Assembly: GCA_017462485.1 (NCBI GenBank) | Contig: JAFTRA010000018.1 | Span: 13,667-77,666, forward strand | DNA length: 64,000 nt | Direction of reading: 5' to 3' | Source of the DNA: Clostridia bacterium | GTDB lineage: Bacteria > Bacillota > Clostridia > Oscillospirales > CAG-272 | Shown: piece after piece, positions 57,491-64,000 of the stretch | Layout of the letters: the number at the start of each line of letters is the position of its first letter | Numbering within the stretch: position 1 is the stretch's first letter | Position numbers and translations under genes: made by a program | The notes under the pieces: generated by a model | The model's database searches: none | The model's input: the letters and a program-made list of their open reading frames with translations, nothing else | Told to the model about the DNA's origin: nothing

Positions 57491-57527
57491 GCCCATTTAG
57501 CATAGGAAACTCTGTCGCTAAATGGGC
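57491..57527 (+). other. perfect 11-bp hairpin between glnS and comF (no U-tract)
   Basis: GCCCATTTAGC (57491-57501) pairs with GCTAAATGGGC (57517-57527) around a 15-nt loop. Confidence 0.5.
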
Positions 57528-57540
57528 GTACTTGTATGTT

Positions 57541-58308
57541 ATGAAAATAAAAGATTTGTATAAAAAAATACTTTTTTATACCTCTGTTCCTAAATGTGTG
57601 TGCTGCAGAGAGAAGCTTAATGCAGATGACGTAGCGCTTTGTGAAAGATGCAATGCCGAATACGAAAAAACAAAAGACAGAATTTGTTCCGTATGCTTTA
57701 AGCCTCTTGGCGAATGCATTTGTACGAATGAGTATCTTGAGCGTCATATGATGCGTAAGCTTATTAAGGTTTTCCGCTATAAGCCATCATCTGACCCAAA
57801 TGAAAGACTTCCTTCTAACGAGTTAATATATAATATAAAAAGAGGAAAACGCAACGATTTGCTTGATTTTATCAGCAATGAAATGATATCTTCTATCAAA
57901 AATTCTTTGAAATATGAGAATTATATTATAACGAACGTACCAAGAAGCAGAAAGAGAGTTTTGAAATACGGTCTTGACCATTCTGCCGAAATCGCAAAAG
58001 CAATAGCAAAGAAGCTCAATATAGAGTATGTTTGCGTATTGAAGTCAAAATCCAAAGAGGCACAAAAGAAAACTCACGGAGAGGAACGTCTGAAAAACGC
58101 AAGCTTCGATTATATATCAAAAGCCCCGGATATAAAAGGTAAGCGTGTTATCCTTGTTGACGATATTGTTACCACGGGAGCTTCAATGGGCGCCTCTGCC
58201 GTACTGATTCGAGGTCTTGGCGCAAAAGAGGTCGTTGGAGCCGCGATAGCTATCGCATTTAAGGATAAGTATCAGCCCTTTGTAAATACAGATTTTTCTT
58301 ACCTTTAA
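57541..58308 (+). CDS. comF: ComF-family phosphoribosyltransferase-domain protein (ComFC-like)
   Basis: An N-terminal Cys-rich double zinc ribbon (CVCC...CERC...CSVC...CIC) and the PRT motif VILVDDIVTTGAS are present. I prefer ATG 57541 over the TTG at 57532. Confidence 0.82.
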   Translation: MKIKDLYKKILFYTSVPKCVCCREKLNADDVALCERCNAEYEKTKDRICSVCFKPLGECICTNEYLERHMMRKLIKVFRYKPSSDPNERLPSNELIYNIKRGKRNDLLDFISNEMISSIKNSLKYENYIITNVPRSRKRVLKYGLDHSAEIAKAIAKKLNIEYVCVLKSKSKEAQKKTHGEERLKNASFDYISKAPDIKGKRVILVDDIVTTGASMGASAVLIRGLGAKEVVGAAIAIAFKDKYQPFVNTDFSYL

Positions 58309-58330
58309 TTATATAACATATAAGAGAATA

Positions 58331-58369
58331 AAAAAACGACTTTATCCAATAAAAGATAAAGTCGTTTTT
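58331..58369. terminator. bidirectional intrinsic terminator between comF (+) and rplA (-)
   Basis: ACGACTTTATC (58336-58346) pairs with GATAAAGTCGT (58355-58365), flanked by an A-run and a T-run. Confidence 0.8.
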
Positions 58370-58386
58370 CTATTAAGAAGTTTTAA

Positions 58387-59082
58387 TTAACCAAGCTTTG
58401 TGTAGTTAACCTTAACACCGGGTCCCATAGTAGTTGCAACTACGCAGCTCTTAATGTACTGACCCTTAGCAGCAGCAGGCTTAGCCTTGATAACTGCGCC
58501 AACAAGAGTGTTGAAGTTCTCAGCAAGCTTTTCTGCGCCGAAGGAAGCCTTTCCAATGGGGCAGTGAATGATGTTGGTCTTGTCAAGACGGTATTCAATC
58601 TTACCTGCTTTAGCGTCGGTAACAGCCTTAGCAACGTCAGGAGTAACGGTACCTGCCTTGGGGTTAGGCATAAGTCCCTTAGGACCGAGAACCTTACCAA
58701 GACGTCCGATAACGCCCATCATGTCGGGAGAAGCGATAACAACGTCGAACTCGAACCAGTTTTCAGTCTGAATCTTCTGAACGAAGTCTTCAGCGCCTAC
58801 GTAGTCAGCGCCTGCAGCCTTTGCAGCTTCAGCCTTGTCACCACGAGCGAAAACGAGAGTTCTAACGGTCTTACCTGTACCGTTGGGAAGAACGATTGCG
58901 CCTCTTACCTGCTGGTCAGCGTGACGAGAGTCAACGCCGAGACGGATATGAATTTCAACGGTTTCATCAAACTTTGCCTTTGCGGTCTGGCAAACTATAC
59001 CAAGCGCTTCATCAGCGTCATACATTTTAGACTTGTCGAAAAGCTCGACACTAGCCATATATTTTTTACCCATTTTAGCCAT
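58387..59082 (-). CDS. rplA: 50S ribosomal protein L1
   Basis: 231 aa. [13 protein letters not shown]... is present and the whole sequence looks like L1. Confidence 0.97.
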   Translation of the reverse strand: MAKMGKKYMASVELFDKSKMYDADEALGIVCQTAKAKFDETVEIHIRLGVDSRHADQQVRGAIVLPNGTGKTVRTLVFARGDKAEAAKAAGADYVGAEDFVQKIQTENWFEFDVVIASPDMMGVIGRLGKVLGPKGLMPNPKAGTVTPDVAKAVTDAKAGKIEYRLDKTNIIHCPIGKASFGAEKLAENFNTLVGAVIKAKPAAAKGQYIKSCVVATTMGPGVKVNYTKLG

Positions 59083-59099
59083 TTTCCATTACCTCCTAA

Positions 59100-59525
59100 T
59101 TACTCTTCAACAGTGATACCCATGCTGCGCGCAGTACCTGCGATCATGCTCATAGCAGCCTCGATAGAAGCAGCGTTGAGGTCGGGCATCTTTGTTTCAG
59201 CAATTTTGCGAACCTGCTCCTTGGTGAGTTTAGCAACCTTGGTCTTGTTAGGAGTAGCGGATGCTGTCTCAATACCGCAAGCCTTCTTGATAAGAACGGG
59301 AGCGGGGGGAGTCTTTGTAATGAAAGTGAACGAACGGTCTGCGTAAACAGTGATGATAACGGGGATGATAAGACCGATATCATTCTTGGTTCTATCGTTG
59401 AATTCCTTGGTAAATGCAGGAATTGCAACACCGTACTGACCGAGTGCGGGACCTACGGGGGGCTGGGGAGTAGCCTTTCCGGCAGGAAGCTGTAATTTGA
59501 TGTAACCCATTATTTTCTTTGCCAT
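59100..59525 (-). CDS. rplK: 50S ribosomal protein L11
   Basis: I moved the start to ATG 59525 ([29 protein letters not shown]), giving a 141-aa protein. Confidence 0.97.
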   Translation of the reverse strand: MAKKIMGYIKLQLPAGKATPQPPVGPALGQYGVAIPAFTKEFNDRTKNDIGLIIPVIITVYADRSFTFITKTPPAPVLIKKACGIETASATPNKTKVAKLTKEQVRKIAETKMPDLNAASIEAAMSMIAGTARSMGITVEE

Positions 59526-59622
59526 GATAATAAACCTCCATATGTGGTGCTGAAATCGGGAGAATTTAAAAAAGATTTTTCTCCCTCCCACAATAATAAT
59601 GGCGAGGCAGAATAGGAATACC

Positions 59623-60165
59623 TTATTCTGCTATGCGGACGTCCTTTGCATCAACCATGATGGGGAAGTCACGCTTTTCAGTCGAAACAAGAATACCAAG
59701 CTGTTTCTTGTCGTCGCTGATATTTTGAAGAACGCCTGAGTAACCTGCGAAGATTCCGTCAACAACCTTAACGGTATCTCCGATGTTGAAGAGGAATTCA
59801 TCCTTAACAACTTCAACCTGGAACATAGCGATTTCTTCATCAGTAAGTGGTGTAGGCTCTGATCCGGGGCCTACAAAGCCGGTAACGCCGGTAATATTAC
59901 GTACAACGTGCCAGCTTTCATCAGTCATTGTCATCTTAACGAAAACGTAGCTGGGGAAGAGCTTTGTTTCAATCTGCTTAACTTCACCCTTGTCATTGGT
60001 TTCCTCGGTGATTTCGACAGGAATCTTGATGTCATAAATCAAATGTCCGAGACCGCGGTTTTCTACGATTTTTTCAATGCTGATTTTTACTTTGTTTTCG
60101 TAACCCGTATATGTGTGGGCTACATACCATCTGGGACCAAGGTTTTTTTCGTTAATGTTGCTCAT
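59623..60165 (-). CDS. nusG: transcription termination/antitermination protein NusG
   Basis: 180 aa with an NGN domain ([14 protein letters not shown]) and a KOW domain ([18 protein letters not shown]). Confidence 0.96.
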   Translation of the reverse strand: MSNINEKNLGPRWYVAHTYTGYENKVKISIEKIVENRGLGHLIYDIKIPVEITEETNDKGEVKQIETKLFPSYVFVKMTMTDESWHVVRNITGVTGFVGPGSEPTPLTDEEIAMFQVEVVKDEFLFNIGDTVKVVDGIFAGYSGVLQNISDDKKQLGILVSTEKRDFPIMVDAKDVRIAE

Positions 60166-60177
60166 AACAAGCGCCTC

Positions 60178-60483
60178 TTAGCCTATAAGACCGGCAACAC
60201 CGTTGATGAGATATGAGCAAGCCAAGTCGATAATAGCGATAACCAAGCTGAAAGCAATAACAGTAACTATAACAAGCTTTGTGTTCTTTGACAATTCTGC
60301 TTTGGGGGTCCAAACGACCTTTTTCATTTCGCCGACTGTATCCTTGCAAAGCTTAACGAACTTTTTCCAAATACGTTTGAAGAAGTTTTCTTTTTTAGGA
60401 GCATTCTTCTTGGATTTTTTCTCTGCAGGAAGAGTAGCTTCTTCGGTAACTTCTACTGTATCTTTGTTCAATTCATTCGACAT
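60178..60483 (-). CDS. secE: preprotein translocase subunit SecE (N-terminally extended)
   Basis: 101 aa with a single C-terminal TM helix and the motif EMKKVVWTPKAEL. It lies between rpmG and nusG. Confidence 0.9.
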   Translation of the reverse strand: MSNELNKDTVEVTEEATLPAEKKSKKNAPKKENFFKRIWKKFVKLCKDTVGEMKKVVWTPKAELSKNTKLVIVTVIAFSLVIAIIDLACSYLINGVAGLIG

Positions 60484-60505
60484 AATAAAACAATCCTCTC
60501 TAAGA

Positions 60506-60655
60506 TTACTTTGTTTCCTTGTGCAAAGTGTGTTTGCGGCAGAAACGGCAGAACTTGTTCATTTCAAGTCTGTCTGGATCATTTTTCTTGTTTTTCTTTG
60601 TGTCATAATTTCTTTGCTTGCATTCAGAGCAGGCCAATGTGATTTTGACTCTCAT
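60506..60655 (-). CDS. rpmG: 50S ribosomal protein L33
   Basis: I moved the start to ATG 60655, which follows an AGGAGG SD. The 49-aa protein [17 protein letters not shown]...[14 protein letters not shown] has a CxxC...CxxC zinc ribbon. Confidence 0.95.
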   Translation of the reverse strand: MRVKITLACSECKQRNYDTKKNKKNDPDRLEMNKFCRFCRKHTLHKETK

Positions 60656-60773
60656 GTTTTCGGCACCTCCTAATAGAATTCGGGAAAACCCGTAAATACC
60701 TCCCTCAATGGCGGAGCACACGCTCGTCCCAGAAAAAGAGCGCGTAAAAAAAGCCTCCGACAGAGGTAAAGAC

Positions 60774-60802
60774 ATTATATCACAAAAATCAATGCTTGTC
60801 AA
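60774..60802 (-). promoter_or_regulatory. consensus sigma-A promoter for rpmG-secE-nusG
   Basis: On the minus strand: TTGACA, 17-nt spacer, TATAAT (both hexamers perfect). The leader to the rpmG ATG is about 110 nt. Confidence 0.65.
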
Positions 60803-60911
60803 CCCCAAAATGAAAAAATATTTTATTTATAATATATTTATAGTGTTAGTAGTAATGCGAGTAAAAAACAGGAGAGGAATTTAGAAATAATACACAAAAT
60901 ATAAAAAGGAA

Positions 60912-60940
60912 TTGAAATTGTAAGGGAAGAATGATATAAT
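60912..60940 (+). promoter_or_regulatory. sigma-A-type promoter for the 2-hydroxyacid dehydrogenase gene
   Basis: TTGAAA (60912-60917), 17-nt spacer, TATAAT (60935-60940). Confidence 0.6.
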
Positions 60941-60970
60941 AAGGTAGAAAAACAGGTTAGGAGAATGAAA

Positions 60971-61933
60971 ATGATTATTAAAGTTCTTGACAGGGCAGCT
61001 ATGGGCTATGACCTTTCATTTGAAGAGTTAAAAAAATTCGGAGATGTCGTCATATATGACAATACGTCAGCAGATGAGCTTCAAAAGAGAGCGGCAGATG
61101 CCGAGGTTCTTGTTATTAACAAGGTTAAAATAGGCAGGGAATTTCTTGCCGATGCTAAAAAATTGAAGCTTATCTGTGTTTTTGCGACCGGATTCGATAA
61201 CGTAGATATCAAGGCTGCAAAAGAGTTTGGAATTGCGGTATGCAACGTTCCTGCTTATTCTAGGGATAGCGTTGCGCTCTTTACCGTGGCGAACGTTCTT
61301 TATCTCTTTACCCACCTTAAAGAATACGCAAGGCACGTCACTTCAGGTAAATATACGGAAGAGGGAAAAGCCAATTCTCTTATTCCCGTATATCACGAAA
61401 TGCGCGGCAAGGTGTGGGGAATTATCGGATTTGGAAACATAGGAAGAGCCGTGGCTAAAGCCGCCGAAGCGCTCGGCGCAAGGGTTATAGTTAACAAGAG
61501 AACTCCAATTGACGATTATGAGTGCGTTGACCTTGATACCTTGTGCGAAAGCTCGGACATTATAACTATTCATTGTCCTCTCAACGAACAGACACGTGGA
61601 ATGATTAACTACGACCGTATAGAGAAAATGAAGACGGGAGTTGTTTTGGTTAACGAAGCCAGAGGCGCAGTGCTAGATGAAGAAGCGGTAGCAAATAGCG
61701 TGCTGCTCGGTAAAATAGGTGCCTTTGGAAGCGACGTTTATTCCGTCGAGCCTTTTGACAAAAAGCACCCCTTTACCGCTCTTCTGGAGCTCGACAACGT
61801 GTGCCTTACTCCTCATGCGGCATGGGGTGCTTACGAGGCAAGAGTTCGCTGCCTCAATATAATATCAGGTAATATACAAGCCTTTGTTGATGGAAAAATT
61901 CAAAATAGAGTAGATATTATCGGGCAGAATTAA
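60971..61933 (+). CDS. D-isomer-specific 2-hydroxyacid dehydrogenase (glycerate/hydroxypyruvate reductase-like)
   Basis: NAD-binding motif GIIGFGNIGRAVA and catalytic R/E/H regions (NEARG, TPHAAW) are present. ATG 60971 has better SD spacing (AGGAGA plus 6 nt) than the in-frame ATG at 60965. Confidence 0.85.
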   Translation: MIIKVLDRAAMGYDLSFEELKKFGDVVIYDNTSADELQKRAADAEVLVINKVKIGREFLADAKKLKLICVFATGFDNVDIKAAKEFGIAVCNVPAYSRDSVALFTVANVLYLFTHLKEYARHVTSGKYTEEGKANSLIPVYHEMRGKVWGIIGFGNIGRAVAKAAEALGARVIVNKRTPIDDYECVDLDTLCESSDIITIHCPLNEQTRGMINYDRIEKMKTGVVLVNEARGAVLDEEAVANSVLLGKIGAFGSDVYSVEPFDKKHPFTALLELDNVCLTPHAAWGAYEARVRCLNIISGNIQAFVDGKIQNRVDIIGQN

Positions 61934-63102
61934 CCTCTATCAACCGTTATAACGCAGAAAGTATCTTCCTTTATTTCCTGTATTGCTTTTTCGATTTTGC
62001 ATTTTGCCTCCTCGGGCGAAAGCTTGCTTTCAAAAGGAAGCACTATATCAAATATAAGATTGGTATGAGTCGTTCCTATAACGGCGCGGAAGTCGTGCAT
62101 TGAAATACGCTCATCAATCTTCTTGATGCCCTCGAGAGCTATTTCTTTGAGGGCATTGATAGTTTCATCGTTTACAACGATCGGGTCAAGGTGGATTGTG
62201 CATTGTATGTTAAGCTCGTGAGAGATTCGTTTCTCTATATTGTCTATGGTATCGTGAAGCTCAAATATGTCATCCTCACCGTTTACTTCCGCATGGAAGG
62301 ATGCAATGTAATGTCCGGGACCGTAGTTATGAACGAGCATATCGTGTATTCCGACAATTTCGGGGTATTCATTTACGATATCTTCTATTGCCTTAACAGT
62401 GCTTTCAACAGGCGCTTCACCGAGAATAAGATTTTTGTTTTCGAGAAGTATCTTTGCTCCGGCAATAAGTATAAGAACGGATACGCCGAGTCCTACTATC
62501 GAGTCAATTATAACGATATCGGTAATCCAAACTATTATAGAGGATGCTAATACCGCCGTGGTGGATATTGAATCGCTAAGCGAGTCCGCCGCGGCTGCTT
62601 TTATTACCGAAGAGCCTATTTTTTTGCTGATTTTAGTATAGAAGAGCGCAAGCCATAGCTTCATAAGTATTGAGACCGAAAGTATTACTATTGTAATAGT
62701 TTTAACGTTCAGCGGTGAAGTCTCGGAAAAACCGAAAATTTTCGATACAGAATCTACAAGCAAATCAAACCCTACGTTTAATATAAGGAATGAAACTATA
62801 AGAGAAGCTATATATTCTATTCTGGCATGACCGAACGGATGGTCTCTGTCAGCGGGCTTTGAAGCGATTTTGAAGCTTATAAACGTGACACCCGACGAGC
62901 CTGCATCTGATAGATTGTTAATTCCGTCAGCAAGTATCGCAAGCGAGCCCGAAAGTATGCCCGCAAGCATTTTGATAGCGGCAAGCAGGGCATTGACCGT
63001 AATTCCTACGATACTTGAAAAGGTTCCGTATTTTTCACGAACACTGCCGTTTTCAACGTTTTCTTTGTCCTTTATGAATAGTTTTATCAAAAGTTCAGTC
63101 AT
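61930..63102 (-). CDS. cation diffusion facilitator (CDF) family metal efflux transporter
   Basis: 390 aa with six TM helices and a C-terminal cytoplasmic domain. Its stop overlaps the convergent dehydrogenase stop (TTAA at 61930-61933). Confidence 0.85.
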   Translation of the reverse strand: MTELLIKLFIKDKENVENGSVREKYGTFSSIVGITVNALLAAIKMLAGILSGSLAILADGINNLSDAGSSGVTFISFKIASKPADRDHPFGHARIEYIASLIVSFLILNVGFDLLVDSVSKIFGFSETSPLNVKTITIVILSVSILMKLWLALFYTKISKKIGSSVIKAAAADSLSDSISTTAVLASSIIVWITDIVIIDSIVGLGVSVLILIAGAKILLENKNLILGEAPVESTVKAIEDIVNEYPEIVGIHDMLVHNYGPGHYIASFHAEVNGEDDIFELHDTIDNIEKRISHELNIQCTIHLDPIVVNDETINALKEIALEGIKKIDERISMHDFRAVIGTTHTNLIFDIVLPFESKLSPEEAKCKIEKAIQEIKEDTFCVITVDRG

Positions 63103-63119
63103 ATTTTTCCCTCGGAATA

Positions 63120-63148
63120 TTTACATTTTTGAAATTATATGCTAAAAT
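63120..63148 (+). promoter_or_regulatory. sigma-A-type promoter for the 107-aa hypothetical gene
   Basis: TTTACA (63120-63125), 17-nt spacer ending in TGC, TAAAAT (63143-63148). The divergent CDF promoter on the minus strand (TTGTTA-18-TATAAT, 63134-63163) overlaps it. Confidence 0.5.
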
Positions 63149-63201
63149 AGTACGGGTTAACAAATTGTGTGGTCGCCGATGGCGGCAGAATGGAGATTGA
63201 T

Positions 63202-63525
63202 ATGTCACTTTCCGTACATAACGTTATATATAAAGATTTAAAGTCTTTGTCCGTAGAACTGGAATTTACAGTTGCTTGCTGCAGAGTAGAGGGGAGCGAG
63301 CTTATAAAGCTTAACCTCGGAAACGAAGATGCCGCGGCAAAATTCCATTCGTCTGCAACGAAGCTTTTAAAGATGATGAAAAGAGACGGCGTTATTCAGC
63401 TTTTCCTCTTTGAGAACGAGCTTAAGTCTCAGGATAAGATGGAAGCGGTCTATTTGCTTAATAAATTTCCTTTTCTTGCAGACATTGAGATTTTATCTGA
63501 AAACTCAATTTACGTAAAGCTTTAA
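63202..63525 (+). CDS. hypothetical protein (107 aa), no confident family assignment
   Basis: ATG 63202 lies 6 nt after a GGAG SD. The ORF track begins at GTG 63169. The gene has its own promoter and terminator. Confidence 0.55.
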   Translation: MSLSVHNVIYKDLKSLSVELEFTVACCRVEGSELIKLNLGNEDAAAKFHSSATKLLKMMKRDGVIQLFLFENELKSQDKMEAVYLLNKFPFLADIEILSENSIYVKL

Positions 63526-63541
63526 TAATTTAAACAAAACT

Positions 63542-63582
63542 AAAGAGGTTGCAATTCGAAGAATCGTTTCTGCAACCTCTTT
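63542..63582. terminator. hairpin terminator between the hypothetical gene (+) and acpP (-)
   Basis: AAAGAGGTTGCA (63542-63553) pairs with TGCAACCTCTTT (63571-63582). The flank downstream on the minus strand is U-rich. Confidence 0.7.
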
Positions 63583-63596
63583 ATAGTTATATGAAA

Positions 63597-63821
63597 TTAC
63601 TGGTTGTTTTCAAGGTAAGTAACAACGTCACCAACAGTGCTAAAGTGGTGAAGATCCTCATCATCGATTACAACGTTAAACTTTTCTTCGCAAGCTAAAA
63701 CAAGTTCTGCAAGCTCAAGAGAGTTGATGCCAAGGTCGCCGGCAAGCTCTGCTTCCATAGTGACATCCTCGGGCTTAACACGAAGCTCGTCTACAAGAAA
63801 CTGCTTTACATTTTCAAACAT
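63597..63821 (-). CDS. acpP: acyl carrier protein
   Basis: 74 aa, acidic, with the phosphopantetheine-attachment region DLGINSLELAELV. Confidence 0.9.
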   Translation of the reverse strand: MFENVKQFLVDELRVKPEDVTMEAELAGDLGINSLELAELVLACEEKFNVVIDDEDLHHFSTVGDVVTYLENNQ

Positions 63822-63886
63822 AAAATATCCTCCTTATTCAGAATAGCGCAAGTGAAACGCATATATGCGAATGACAAGCACGCTTT

Positions 63887-63915
63887 ATAATACAATAATA
63901 TTTTCAATTTGTCAA
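63887..63915 (-). promoter_or_regulatory. sigma-A-type promoter for acpP
   Basis: On the minus strand: TTGACA, 17-nt spacer, TATTAT. Confidence 0.5.
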
Positions 63916-64000
63916 TACTTTTTTAAAAAATAAGGAAGTTTGCATAAATTTATCGACACAAAATTGTAGATTTATTACGATATTTTTTGCAAAAAAACAA

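Noticed and set aside
60746-60766. A GC hairpin plus U7 on the minus strand that looks like an intrinsic terminator inside the rpmG promoter region.
   Set aside because: It begins at about the predicted +1 of the rpmG transcript, too early to terminate an elongation complex. No upstream minus-strand gene needs it. I treat it as part of the leader (see findings).
63103-63201. A NiCo (czcD-type) riboswitch upstream of the CDF transporter.
   Set aside because: The divergent spacer is only about 100 nt and is occupied by two overlapping promoters. The CDF leader is about 30-40 nt, too short for the four-way-junction riboswitch.
1-64000. CRISPR arrays, tandem or interspersed repeats, IS elements or transposases, integrases, prophage genes, toxin-antitoxin pairs, and tRNA or rRNA genes.
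   Set aside because: I recognised none. Every ORF of 100 aa or more with support is a housekeeping or metabolic gene. Non-coding gaps are at most about 300 nt and are accounted for by promoters, leaders and terminators. An exhaustive repeat search by eye is not possible, so short dispersed repeats cannot be excluded.

Overview
This window is core chromosome from a moderately AT-rich Firmicute of the Clostridia type that apparently forms spores. That placement is an inference from gene content and synteny: yabP-yabQ, a SpoVB/YabM-like flippase, an IspH-S1 fusion, ecfA1-ecfA2-ecfT-truA, and recJ-relA-dtd-hemZ.

About 60 protein-coding genes tile almost the whole window:
- MEP-pathway genes ispD (partial), ispF and ispH.
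- rpe, ruvAB and a divergent ruvC.
- The ECF transporter energizing module plus truA.
- A class A PBP.
- A MarR-regulated heterodimeric ABC exporter.
- A roughly 7-kb minus-strand unit: gltX, rpiR, flavoprotein, cmk::plsC, ispH::rpsA.
- An orphan histidine kinase overlapping dinB.
- A Crp/Fnr-led NMT1-type ABC importer.
- cdaA, recJ, relA, dtd, hemZ, hup, and S4/yabP/yabQ.
- A six-gene glycogen cluster: glgB, glgC, glgD, glgA, glgP and a GH13 enzyme.
- A DUF3343 plus class V desulfurase pair.
- glnS, comF, the rpmG-secE-nusG-rplK-rplA block, a 2-hydroxyacid dehydrogenase, a CDF transporter and acpP.

Many intergenic regions carry near-consensus sigma-A promoters (17-nt spacers) and clear intrinsic terminators. 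I saw no rRNA, tRNA, CRISPR array, transposase, integrase, phage gene or recognisable defence gene. No non-coding gap exceeds about 300 nt.

I do not find a convincing self-contained novel system here. The most unusual observations are architectural:
- An orphan sensor kinase translationally coupled to DNA polymerase IV.
- A CdaA carrying what looks like the fused membrane anchor of a lost CdaR.
- Two adjacent gene fusions, cmk::plsC and ispH::rpsA.
- A Crp-led ABC importer with a minimal ATPase.
- A Cys-rich C-terminal extension on the PBP.
- Several unassigned structured leaders and hairpins.

All functional calls rest on motif recognition by eye. No database search was run.
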